From contig JBGSVH010000021.1 in the NCBI GenBank assembly GCA_041753055.1, positions 42 through 64,041 on the forward strand: 64,000 nucleotides of DNA. Direction: 5' to 3'. This document shows, piece after piece, positions 55,169 through 64,000 of the stretch (position 1 is its first letter; each line of letters starts with the position of its first letter). The notes beneath the pieces are model-generated. The model saw nothing but the letters and a program-made list of their open reading frames with translations. It was not told the origin of the DNA and made no database searches. The position numbers were made by a program, and so were the translations under genes. This DNA is from Parvularculaceae bacterium (GTDB lineage Bacteria > Pseudomonadota > Alphaproteobacteria > Caulobacterales > Parvularculaceae).

Positions 55169-57751
55169 ATGGCATCGTTAACACCACCTCGCTCAAATTT
55201 GGCGGCGCAATCGGGCGCGCGCCTGATGGCGACGGCGCTGGCCGCAGGAGTTGGCGTCGTCGCAGTCATCTTCGGCGTCTTCACTTTTCATTACGACCAG
55301 ACAGCCCGGCGGCTGCGTCAGGCGGAAATCGAGAACTACATGGGCGCTGTCGGACAGACGGCCGCCTGGGGTGTCGACAAATGGCTGGCTGAACGCGAAC
55401 ACCTTATTTCAGGTCTCGCCGCCGAGCTCTCCAAGACGCCGGACCGGTCTGAAATAGTCGACCGGCTGAAAGGGCGCATTTACCAGGACACATTCGTGTG
55501 GACCTATTTCGGCGAAACAGACGGGGCGTATCATATATGGCCACCCGATGAAGAACTTCCAAAGGACTACGATCCACGCACCAGGCCCTGGTATCTGGAC
55601 GCAATCGCCAAGTCTGGCGTGACGCTAACCGAACCCTATCGCGACATCTCAACGGGTGTTGAGACAATTACCGCGGCGATGCCGATCATGCGCAACCAGC
55701 GCCTCGCTGGTGTTGTCGCCGCAGATTTTACGACCGAACAATTAAGACAGATCCTTGCTGAGACGGACCTTGGCGGCCTCGGCTATGTTTTCATGATTTC
55801 CGCCGACGGTTCAATTCTGTCACATCCGGACAAGACGCTGATTGGAAAAGACTTCCGCGACGTATTGAAGGGCGACTCGGTCAGGGTCGACGATCAGGTT
55901 CATGTCGCGCTGTCCGGCGCTGACGCCAAATTCGTTTCCTTTGTCAAAGCGTCTGAAAACCCCACAATTGACTGGCGTCTCGTTCTCGTTGTTGACCAGG
56001 CCGCCGCTTTCCAGGGGCTTTCAGAGTTCAGGCGTTCGGCCGCCATTGCCGCTATCCTCGCGATGGGCCTGATTGTGATCATTCTCGGTTTAGTGATCCA
56101 CCGGGTCCTGGTCCGTCCCCTTTTGAACGCCCGCCGGGCGGCGGACGCTGCAAGCGCCGCCAAATCGGAATTCCTGGCGTCAATGAGTCATGAAATCAGA
56201 ACGCCGATGAACGGGGTCCTCGGCATGGCGGAAGTGCTTCTCAACACCGATCTCGATCAAAGGCAGCGGGAACTGACCTCCATCATCGTCTCGTCGGGCG
56301 GCGCACTGATGACGGTCATCAATGACATTCTCGATTTCTCCAAGATGGAGGCGGGAAAACTCCGGCTCAACCCGAGATCGTTCAATTTCCGTCAGATGAT
56401 TTACGACGTCGCAACCATGATGCAGGCGCGCGTGCTTGAGAAGGATATCGAACTTGTCGTGCGTTACGCGCCCAATCTTCCAGAAGGTATTGTCGCAGAC
56501 GACGCACGCCTTCGGCAGGTTATTGGAAACCTGCTCGGCAACGCGGTCAAATTCACCGAGCACGGCTATATCATGATCAATGTGACCGGCGAACGATCCG
56601 AAGACAAAACGGAGCTGGTCGTTAGCGTCGTCGACACCGGAATCGGCATCAGCAAAGACGAGATCCCGCGGATGTTTGAGAAATTTGAACAGGCCGATGG
56701 GTCAAATACCCGCCGGTTCGGCGGCACAGGGCTTGGTCTCGCGATCTGCAAGAACATTGTCGGCCTGATGGGCGGCGAAATCGGCGCAGAAAGCGAAGCC
56801 GGCAAGGGATCCCGCTTCTGGTTCAAATTTCAGGCGGCGGCGGATGACAAAGTCATCGGTATGCCGTCAGTTAATGCATCAACGTTTGACGGCGCCAGGC
56901 TCCTTGCGGTTGACGATAACGACATCAATCGCCGGGTCATCGCTGAACTTGCAAATGGCTGGGGTCTCAGCGCAACCATTGTCGATGGCGCAGCAGCGGC
57001 CCTGGCCGCGCTTGAAGAGTCCTTTATCAAGGGCGAACGGTTCCACGTCATCTTGATGGATTACCAGATGCCGGAACAGGACGGCGCGGCGTTGACCAGA
57101 AAAATTCAGTCCGACCCGCGCTTTGATGCGATCCCGATAGTTCTGCTTTCATCCGTCGATAACCCTCAGCCGGACAAATCCGCTGCGCCGGCGCGCTTTG
57201 TCGCTTCGCTTGCCAAGCCTATTCGACCGTCTCAGCTAATGGATGTGCTTGCGCGTGTTCTTGTTGACGACGCTTCGCTATCGCTTCAGAACGTCGCCGC
57301 TTCCCTGAAGGAAAGCGAAACGCCAGCGTCGCCTCCGCCGGACGGGCGGCCGACAATCCTCATTGCTGAGGATAATGTGGTCAATCAACTGGTTGTCACC
57401 AACATGATTTCTTCGAAGGACTATCAGGTTCTGATTGCAGGAAATGGCCGTGAGGCTGTGGATATGTTTGTCGACCATCGCCCAGCGGCAATTTTAATGG
57501 ATCTTTCGATGCCTGAAATGGATGGCTTTGAGGCGACACGGCAAATCAGAAAAATCGAGGCTGAACGCGGTCTTCAGCGGACGCCGATTATCGCCGCGAC
57601 CGCGCATGTGCTTGAAGAGGACCGCGATCGCTGCCGCCTTGCAGGAATGAACGATTTCATTCCGAAACCCATCCGCAAGGCGCAACTCGATTTGACGCTC
57701 GACAAATGGATCGAAGAAGCAATTGCCTGGGACGATACGGCGTCGGCTTGA
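55169..57751 (+). CDS. Hybrid sensor histidine kinase: TM-dCache_1-TM-HisKA-HATPase-REC-REC
   Basis: YDPRTRPWY dCache motif; [18 protein letters not shown]; LLGNAVKFT; DTGIGI; GGTGLGL; MDYQMP and MDLSMP receivers. Confidence 0.95.
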   Translation: MASLTPPRSNLAAQSGARLMATALAAGVGVVAVIFGVFTFHYDQTARRLRQAEIENYMGAVGQTAAWGVDKWLAEREHLISGLAAELSKTPDRSEIVDRLKGRIYQDTFVWTYFGETDGAYHIWPPDEELPKDYDPRTRPWYLDAIAKSGVTLTEPYRDISTGVETITAAMPIMRNQRLAGVVAADFTTEQLRQILAETDLGGLGYVFMISADGSILSHPDKTLIGKDFRDVLKGDSVRVDDQVHVALSGADAKFVSFVKASENPTIDWRLVLVVDQAAAFQGLSEFRRSAAIAAILAMGLIVIILGLVIHRVLVRPLLNARRAADAASAAKSEFLASMSHEIRTPMNGVLGMAEVLLNTDLDQRQRELTSIIVSSGGALMTVINDILDFSKMEAGKLRLNPRSFNFRQMIYDVATMMQARVLEKDIELVVRYAPNLPEGIVADDARLRQVIGNLLGNAVKFTEHGYIMINVTGERSEDKTELVVSVVDTGIGISKDEIPRMFEKFEQADGSNTRRFGGTGLGLAICKNIVGLMGGEIGAESEAGKGSRFWFKFQAAADDKVIGMPSVNASTFDGARLLAVDDNDINRRVIAELANGWGLSATIVDGAAAALAALEESFIKGERFHVILMDYQMPEQDGAALTRKIQSDPRFDAIPIVLLSSVDNPQPDKSAAPARFVASLAKPIRPSQLMDVLARVLVDDASLSLQNVAASLKESETPASPPPDGRPTILIAEDNVVNQLVVTNMISSKDYQVLIAGNGREAVDMFVDHRPAAILMDLSMPEMDGFEATRQIRKIEAERGLQRTPIIAATAHVLEEDRDRCRLAGMNDFIPKPIRKAQLDLTLDKWIEEAIAWDDTASA

Positions 57752-57754
57752 TTG

Positions 57755-58297
57755 TCAGCTGATGGTGAAGGTTGTCTTTGATTGCGCTCTCGCAAAGGAC
57801 ACCAACTCGGGGCCGGTTAGAACGCCATTGCGGTCAACATCGTTTGTCAGGAACTGCTCAAGCTGAGCGGCGACATATTCATCTCCGGCAAGGCGCTCGT
57901 CTTCGCCGGCAATGATCCTGAATTCGCGCGCGGCTCGGTCATTGATGCGTTTCCGTTGCGCAGGGGAAAGCGACGGTCCGCCAGCGGTGGAAACCGCCAC
58001 GGTACGGACGCCGCCGCTGATGTCGATTGCGACAAACCCGTTCAAGCGGGCAAGCTCAGCGGAGACCACGGCGAGGACGGAATATTCATCCTGGCTGAGC
58101 GCCCCGTCCTTGTCCAAGTCGGCGCGGCTGAAAACGCGCGCCGCTTCACGCGCAGCGATATTGGCTTCCAACCGGTCTATTGCCGTGCCGTATGCAGGCG
58201 CTGGCTCAACCGCCGCGCCGTTCACAAGACCGATGCTGGCGGCCATTGCGGCGGCAATCCCTGAATAGGCGAGTTTCTGGACAAGCGCGATAACCAT
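57755..58297 (-). CDS. Exported EF-hand calcium-binding protein
   Basis: Canonical 12-residue loops DLDKDGALSQDE and DVDRNGVLTGPE; hydrophobic N-terminus; ATG 58297. Confidence 0.75.
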   Translation of the reverse strand: MVIALVQKLAYSGIAAAMAASIGLVNGAAVEPAPAYGTAIDRLEANIAAREAARVFSRADLDKDGALSQDEYSVLAVVSAELARLNGFVAIDISGGVRTVAVSTAGGPSLSPAQRKRINDRAAREFRIIAGEDERLAGDEYVAAQLEQFLTNDVDRNGVLTGPELVSFARAQSKTTFTIS

Positions 58298-58423
58298 TGA
58301 TCCTGCTCCCACTGATTATTCGATGGTGGGAGGATCGCTGACCAAGAAGGCGCCATAACGAAGGAAAAAGGGAGTTATTGGGGCGATTTGGGCGGCATTC
58401 CGGCGGCGGCGTCCAAAACCGCC

Positions 58424-59323
58424 TTACTCTGCAGGCATGGCGCCCTGCAGCCGCGCCGACCGCTGCTTGATCTTGGCGGATGTAAGGCGAGACCCGTCCG
58501 GCGACCACCCTGGCGGCCCCAACGTATAGCCGACCACCTCTCGCAGGGATTTTGCCGATCTAAGGTCCCTGAAAATGCCAATCCACTCATTGAACGCAAT
58601 GACGAAAGGATTGAAATCGCCAAGATTCTTGACGATGCCATAGCGCGGCCGCTCGTTCTCGTCTTCATTGACGAAAGTGCCAAACAACCTGTCCCAGATT
58701 ATCAGCACCCCGGCATAGTTGGCGTCGAGATATTTCGGATTGGTCGCATGATGCACGCGGTGATGACTGGGCGTATTGAAGACCCATTCGAACGGCCCCA
58801 TCCGATTGATCATTTCTGTGTGGATCCAGAATTGATAAATCAGATTGAGGCCAAATGCGAAGGCGATCATCCCCGGGTGAAAACCGATCAGCACCAACGG
58901 CGATTTGAATATGAGGCCGTTGACGATATCGCCAGTCCAGGTCTGACGAAGCGCCGTCGTCAAATTGTAGTGCTGCGAGGAATGATGGACGACATGGCTC
59001 GCCCAGAACCACCGGCGTTCATGACTGATGCGATGCATCCAGTAATACCGGAAATCGTCGATCACGAAGCAAAGTGCGATCGCCCAGAAAGTATTCGGGA
59101 TATCGAAAATCCGGAATTGGTAGATCCAGATCCAGACGGCGCTCAACAGTGCGGCGCCGCCAAACAAGGGCGCTATCTGGTTGCCAAGCCCCATCGCGAG
59201 ACTGGCGGCGGCGTCCCTGGTTTCATAGCCGCCGCGGCCTGTGATCTTCCATGCCGCCAGCTCGACCAGGACGAGCAGCACAAAAACCGGAACAGCCATG
59301 GTGACGACATCGGGGAATTCCAT
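58424..59323 (-). CDS. Sterol desaturase/fatty acid hydroxylase family membrane di-iron enzyme (AGMO-like)
   Basis: His boxes YWMHRISH, HVVHHSS, QFWIHTE, PSHHRVHHA; NYAGVLIIWDRLFGTF. Confidence 0.92.
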   Translation of the reverse strand: MEFPDVVTMAVPVFVLLVLVELAAWKITGRGGYETRDAAASLAMGLGNQIAPLFGGAALLSAVWIWIYQFRIFDIPNTFWAIALCFVIDDFRYYWMHRISHERRWFWASHVVHHSSQHYNLTTALRQTWTGDIVNGLIFKSPLVLIGFHPGMIAFAFGLNLIYQFWIHTEMINRMGPFEWVFNTPSHHRVHHATNPKYLDANYAGVLIIWDRLFGTFVNEDENERPRYGIVKNLGDFNPFVIAFNEWIGIFRDLRSAKSLREVVGYTLGPPGWSPDGSRLTSAKIKQRSARLQGAMPAE

Positions 59324-59330
59324 CGCCGGA

Positions 59331-59744
59331 CTATAACCTCGGCCCGGCCAGGCGCAAAAGCCATTCCTCAGCGATTTGACTGTCTGCAGCTCTTAGCTGA
59401 ACGGCCTGCTTCGACGGCTCGTTCAGCACGAATTCAATCAACTCACCGTGCTTTTCGAGGCTGACGGCGCCGTGACGGAAGCGCCGTGTTGCAAGACCGT
59501 CGCCGACTGCAAAAACCACGGCCGTTTCGCGTTCGTCGGCGGAAATGATCGCCGCCGCCTTGCCGTCCTCGCCGATCATTGAAAATCCGGGCCGGAAATC
59601 CGGTTCATCAAACGCCAGCCGGTCGAGGGCGGCGTCAGATGTAATGACGACCGACCGCATCGCTCCCAGCAGGTAGGAAATCCCGACAAGGACCATGATC
59701 CCGACAAGGGAAATCAAAAGATCGCTGACAAGATTTCCGGTCAC
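59331..59744 (-). CDS. Hypothetical protein with an N-terminal TM helix
   Basis: ORF fills the gap between ndk (12 bp) and the desaturase (7 bp); hydrophobic N-terminus. Confidence 0.7.
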   Translation of the reverse strand: MTGNLVSDLLISLVGIMVLVGISYLLGAMRSVVITSDAALDRLAFDEPDFRPGFSMIGEDGKAAAIISADERETAVVFAVGDGLATRRFRHGAVSLEKHGELIEFVLNEPSKQAVQLRAADSQIAEEWLLRLAGPRL

Positions 59745-59756
59745 CGGGAAATCTGG

Positions 59757-60179
59757 TCAGCCGGCGATCTCGGACTGCGAAAAGAAGAAAGCGATCTCTT
59801 CCTTGGCTGTCTCGGGAGCGTCTGATCCATGAACGGAGTTCTCACCGATCGATTCAGCGAATTCAGCACGAATGGTTCCGGCCGCCGCCTTCTTCGGATC
59901 AGTGGCGCCCATGATTTCCCGATTGCGGGCGATCGCGTTTTCACCTTCGAGAACCTGCACGACAACAGGACCGGAAATCATGAAATCGACCAGTTCGCCG
60001 AAAAACGGCCGATCCTTGTGAACGGCGTAGAACCCTTCTGCCTGTTTACGCGTCATATGGATACGCTTGGACGCAACAACACGCAGGCCCCCGTCTTCAA
60101 ATTTGGCAACGACTTTACCGGTAAGATTGCGGCGCGTCGCATCCGGCTTGATGATCGAAAAAGTGCGTTCAAGCGCCAT
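59757..60179 (-). CDS. ndk: Nucleoside diphosphate kinase
   Basis: [40 protein letters not shown] (catalytic His). Confidence 0.98.
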   Translation of the reverse strand: MALERTFSIIKPDATRRNLTGKVVAKFEDGGLRVVASKRIHMTRKQAEGFYAVHKDRPFFGELVDFMISGPVVVQVLEGENAIARNREIMGATDPKKAAAGTIRAEFAESIGENSVHGSDAPETAKEEIAFFFSQSEIAG

Positions 60180-60404
60180 GTTCGTCTCCTGTGAGGCTTG
60201 CTGCCCTGAAAAGTGGCGCGTTCCCTATCAATCCTGATGATCCGGGGCAAGCTGGCATTGGCAACCACCCTGCCGGACGGGCCGATATGACGCGGTAGCG
60301 CCTGAGAACGCGAATCATCAGGCCGCGACGCCGTTTGCCCGCAATAGGCTTGCCTCCCGGACGCGCCGCCGCTAGGGGCGGGACAAAAGCTTCCCTCCTG
60401 GCCA

Positions 60405-62288
60405 ATGCTCCATATCAACGACCTTACCTACCGCATCGAAGGACGCCCGCTCTTTGAGCAGGCGACCGCCGCTATCGCGGAGGGCTGGAAGGTCGGATTC
60501 ATTGGCCGTAACGGCGCGGGTAAGTCGACCTTGCTGCGTCTCATCCGGGACGAAATCCAGCCTGACGACGGTGACATTTCCCTGCGCAGACGCTGCCGGC
60601 TCGGCGGCGTCGATCAGGAGGCGCCGGCGACCAGGCAAGCGCTTGTCGAGATCGTGCTGGAATTCGACCGCGAGCGTGCGGCCCTCATTGACGAAGTCGA
60701 GATGGCGACCGACCCGACGCGGATCGCAGATATTCACGCACGCCTCGCCGATATCGATGCGCATTCCGCAGAATCGAGAGCGGCGTCAATTCTCTCCGGG
60801 CTCGGCTTTTCGGCCGCTGACCAGAAGCGGCCTGCATCGGACTTTTCGGGCGGCTGGCGCATGCGCGTCGCGCTTGCCGGCGTGCTGTTCTCGGCGCCGG
60901 ACCTCCTCCTTCTCGACGAACCGACAAATTACCTCGATCTTGAAGGCGCGATCTGGCTCGAGAATTTTCTCCGCCGCTATCCTTATACGGCGCTCATCGT
61001 CAGCCATGACCGCGATTTTCTCAACCGCACGGTCACGCACATTCTGGCGCTCGAAAACCGCAAGCTGACCGTCTCGGCGGGCGATTACGACATTTATGAA
61101 CGAAAGCGCCATGAGGCGCGCGCCAATGCCCTCGCCTTCCGGTCGAAGCAGGAAGCGCAGCGCCGCCATATGCAGGCGTTTATCGACCGCTTTCGCGCCA
61201 AAGCTTCAAAGGCCAAACAGGCGCAAAGCCGAATCAAGGCGCTCGAAAAACTTCAGATCGTCGCCGAACCGCTGGAAGAGCGCTCCACCGGATTTGATTT
61301 CAAGAACCCGAAGCCAATGGCGCCGCCGATTATTCGTCTGGTCGACGCCGACCTCGGCTATGTCGAGGGAAACCCGGTCATCAGGCACGTCAATCTGAGG
61401 ATCGATCAGGACGATCGGATCGCCATTCTGGGTCCGAATGGCGAAGGCAAATCGACCCTGGTCAAGTCGTTAGCTGGCCGGCTGCCTCTGCTTGGAGGCG
61501 GCATCCACAAGCACAAGAAACTCGAAGTCGCCTATTTCGCCCAGCACCAGCTCGACGAACTCAACCCGTCAGGCTCGCCCTATGACCACGTGAAGGCGCT
61601 GATGCCCGATGGGACCGAAGCGCAAGTCCGGTCCGCAACGGCAGCGCTGGGATTTGGCGCGCAAAAGGCCGACACCAAAGTCGAAAAACTCTCCGGCGGC
61701 GAAAAGGCGCGACTGCTGCTCGGCCTCATCACCTTTCATGGGCCGCATCTGATCATTCTCGACGAGCCGACCAATCATCTCGACATCGATGCGCGGGCGA
61801 GCCTGGCGCAGGCGCTGAACGACTACACCGGCGCCGTTATCATGATCACGCATGACGCCCATCTCGCCAGCGGCGTCGCCGACCGCCTGTGGCTGGTGAA
61901 GGACGGCGCGGTTGGTCCATTCGATGGCGATCTTGACGATTACCGCGCGCTTGTCCTTGACGCCCAGAAGACCGAACCGCGCGATAACGCGCGAAAAGCG
62001 CCTGACCCGCGCGCCTCGGCGCGGCAATCGGCGGCAGCGCTGCGCGAATCGGCGGCGCCGCTGAAAAAGCAGGCGGAATCCGCCGAGGCGCGCCTCAACG
62101 AATTGAATGCAATCCTGCCGCGACTTGACGCCGCCCTCGCCGATCCGGATCTTTACGCCCGCGATGTCGCCCGCGCGACGAAACTGCAGAAGGAACGAGC
62201 GGCTTTGGTCGCGGCGATTTCCGCTCAGGAAGAAGTCTGGCTTAACGCGCTCCAAAGCTACGAGGCGGCAAGATCCGGCGGAGAATAG
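60405..62288 (+). CDS. ABC-F family ribosome-associated ATPase (YheS-like)
   Basis: GRNGAGKS and GPNGEGKS Walker A motifs, FSGGWRMR, LSGGEKAR, two DEPTN motifs, no TM. Confidence 0.95.
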   Translation: MLHINDLTYRIEGRPLFEQATAAIAEGWKVGFIGRNGAGKSTLLRLIRDEIQPDDGDISLRRRCRLGGVDQEAPATRQALVEIVLEFDRERAALIDEVEMATDPTRIADIHARLADIDAHSAESRAASILSGLGFSAADQKRPASDFSGGWRMRVALAGVLFSAPDLLLLDEPTNYLDLEGAIWLENFLRRYPYTALIVSHDRDFLNRTVTHILALENRKLTVSAGDYDIYERKRHEARANALAFRSKQEAQRRHMQAFIDRFRAKASKAKQAQSRIKALEKLQIVAEPLEERSTGFDFKNPKPMAPPIIRLVDADLGYVEGNPVIRHVNLRIDQDDRIAILGPNGEGKSTLVKSLAGRLPLLGGGIHKHKKLEVAYFAQHQLDELNPSGSPYDHVKALMPDGTEAQVRSATAALGFGAQKADTKVEKLSGGEKARLLLGLITFHGPHLIILDEPTNHLDIDARASLAQALNDYTGAVIMITHDAHLASGVADRLWLVKDGAVGPFDGDLDDYRALVLDAQKTEPRDNARKAPDPRASARQSAAALRESAAPLKKQAESAEARLNELNAILPRLDAALADPDLYARDVARATKLQKERAALVAAISAQEEVWLNALQSYEAARSGGE

Positions 62289-62347
62289 CCCGCGCCTCGC
62301 GCTTGGCGACAATTTGCGCCATGATTGGGCAGAATGGGAGCCACGCA

Positions 62348-62644
62348 ATGAAGAAGCCGTCAGATTGCCAATCGATGGATGAGGTGCGCGCGGAAATCGA
62401 CCGTGTCGATCTTGGCCTTGTCGATCTCCTTGCCGAACGCTGGGGTTATGTCGACCGGATGTGGGCGTTGAAACGCGAGGAATCGGCGCAGGCGAACGTT
62501 CCCTGGCGTAATCGCGCCGTCATCGAAAAGGTTAAGGCGCGGGCGCAGTCGAGCGGGCTTCCACCGGAAATGGCCGAAGCGCTGTGGCGGCAGATCATCG
62601 GCTGGGGCATTCAGTATCAGGATGAGCGGCTTCGCGATTCGTGA
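62348..62644 (+). CDS. Chorismate mutase type II (AroQ/PchB-like)
   Basis: MDEVRAEIDRVDLGLVDLLAER...RAVIEKV...AEALWRQII. Confidence 0.85.
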   Translation: MKKPSDCQSMDEVRAEIDRVDLGLVDLLAERWGYVDRMWALKREESAQANVPWRNRAVIEKVKARAQSSGLPPEMAEALWRQIIGWGIQYQDERLRDS

Positions 62645-62694
62645 GACTGCACCCTGTCGTTTCGCCCCACTTCCCCAGCCGCTAGACTGCGCCA

Positions 62695-63174
62695 ATGACC
62701 GATGCTCCTTCAACCGGCGACATCAATCCGTCGATCGGCGGCATGTTGCGATCCGCCCGGGATTTTCTTGCCCATGAACACTCGCTATTTCGCTCACTCG
62801 ATCTGAAACCGATCCTCATCGGAAAGGGCAAGGCCACGTTCTCGATGGCGTTGCCCGCTTCGTTCTGTGGTCCCGATGGAACCATTCACGGCGGCCTTTA
62901 CACGATCATTCTCGATTCAATTTTTGGGCTGGCGGTATTCACGACGCTTGAGGAAATCAAACCGATTGCAACGGTCAATCTCAGGACCGATTATCTCGGC
63001 GTAATCGCGCCCGGCGCGCGCGCCGTCTGCGCGGCGGAATGCGAAGCGATCAGGAACGATGTCGCCTTTGTCACGGGACGCCTGACGGCGGAAGCTGATG
63101 GCCGGCTTCTCGCGACCGCGTCAGGCGCATTCATGGTCGGCACCAAGGGGCCGATAAAGGGGATGCGCTTGTGA
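62695..63174 (+). CDS. PaaI family hotdog thioesterase
   Basis: IHGGLYTIILD, ATVNLRTDYL, ATASGAF. Confidence 0.88.
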   Translation: MTDAPSTGDINPSIGGMLRSARDFLAHEHSLFRSLDLKPILIGKGKATFSMALPASFCGPDGTIHGGLYTIILDSIFGLAVFTTLEEIKPIATVNLRTDYLGVIAPGARAVCAAECEAIRNDVAFVTGRLTAEADGRLLATASGAFMVGTKGPIKGMRL

Positions 63175-63569
63175 CGGCGTATATTGAAACGATCAACGAT
63201 TTTGCGTCGCGGGCGCCGTTGGCGCAGTGGCTCGGTTTCCATGCGAGCGGCGAAGGCGATGTCGCCTTCCATCTCACATTCAACGAGACACATATCGGTA
63301 ATCCGGCAATCCGGGCGCTGCATGGCGGCGTCATAGCTTCGTTTCTTGAACTCTCCATGCAGGCGGACCTCGTCGCCCGGACGGGCGGCGGCGTTGCAAC
63401 CGCCAACATCTCGGTAGACTATCTGTCATCCTCCCGCCCGGACGACATGATCGGACGGGTAAAGCTGTTGCGCCTGGGCCGTCGCCTCGCCTTCATGGAA
63501 GCAAGCGGTTGGCAGGCGGATGAAACGCGCCTTGTCGCAGTGGCGCGCGCCTGTTTCACCCTCGACTAG
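63171..63569 (+). CDS. PaaI family hotdog thioesterase (second)
   Basis: GNPAIRALHGGVIASFLE, NISVDYL, GRR; GTGA overlap with the upstream gene. Confidence 0.85.
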   Translation: MTAYIETINDFASRAPLAQWLGFHASGEGDVAFHLTFNETHIGNPAIRALHGGVIASFLELSMQADLVARTGGGVATANISVDYLSSSRPDDMIGRVKLLRLGRRLAFMEASGWQADETRLVAVARACFTLD

Positions 63570-63647
63570 AATTTTTACGCCGCCCTCTAGCCAAAGCCGG
63601 TAACTCCGCCCACATGGGTGTCGCCCCGTTTCTGGAGCTTTCCCCTG

Positions 63648-64000
63648 ATGGACTGGTTATCGATCGCAGGCGGCCTTGTCGTGCTGACGCTTGGCGCCGA
63701 AATATTGATCCGCGGCGCAACCGCGCTGGCGCGGCGATTCGGCGTATCCGACTTGCTGATCGGTCTGACCCTTGTTGGTTTTGGCACGTCAACGCCGGAG
63801 CTTGTATCCAGCGTACAGGCAGCGCTGATGGGATCACCGGGTGTTGCGGTCGGTAATGTCGTTGGATCAAACATCGCCAACATCCTTTTTATCCTTGGCA
63901 TATCGGCGCTGATCACACCCTTTGCCGTCGACCGCAAAGCCTTCCGGCGCGATGGTCTGGTCGTCCTCCTTGCAACGCTCGCGGCAATCGGCGTTTCGCT
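63648..64000 (+). CDS. Calcium/sodium antiporter (YrbG-like, CaCA family), truncated by the window edge; not in the supplied ORF track
   Basis: Manual translation from ATG 63648: MDWLSIAGGLVVLTLGAEILIRGA...GLTLVGFGTSTPEL...GNVVGSNIANI (alpha-1 repeat); GGAG SD. Confidence 0.92.
   Translation, partial: MDWLSIAGGLVVLTLGAEILIRGATALARRFGVSDLLIGLTLVGFGTSTPELVSSVQAALMGSPGVAVGNVVGSNIANILFILGISALITPFAVDRKAFRRDGLVVLLATLAAIGVS

Noticed and set aside
63570-63647. yybP-ykoY (Mn2+) riboswitch before the YrbG-like antiporter
   Set aside because: The context is typical, but the gap is only about 80 bp and lacks the GGGGAGUAGC-type core.

Overview
A densely coding, GC-rich stretch of what looks like core alphaproteobacterial chromosome (about 60% GC by eye, not computed). 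PopZ, a PopA-like protein, FlbT/FlaF, ftr-like enhancers and CtrA boxes suggest a Caulobacterales/Parvularculales-type organism (inference). Recognisable housekeeping blocks are gabT, flbT-flaF-flagellin-flaG, mfd-sdhE-recG, galU, metG, pcm-tolC-popZ-valS, tRNA-Cys, an RND efflux triad, tRNA-Asn, a dCache hybrid kinase, ndk and an ABC-F ATPase. I found no integrase, transposase, prophage, CRISPR array or defence island, and I cannot support a large novel multi-gene system. The best leads are smaller. (1) Two copies of a 107-bp palindromic intergenic element whose TAG/CTAG ends form stop codons of neighbouring genes. (2) A perfect but orphan CtrA box next to a structured CCCC-rich segment, a candidate cell-cycle sRNA; similar CCCC/GGGG-loop hairpins occur in two other intergenic regions. 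(3) An RND outer-membrane factor with a long predicted surface loop carrying two Dx[DN]xDG Ca2+-type motifs. (4) A PopA-like degenerate GGDEF protein directly downstream of a membrane-anchored TPR-VanY peptidase fusion. (5) A DUF3089 hydrolase lacking its catalytic Ser. (6) An MprF without its flippase half. (7) A PEP-CTERM-like protein behind a tandem repeat and a sigma54-like site. All family assignments come from motif recognition by eye; no database search was run.
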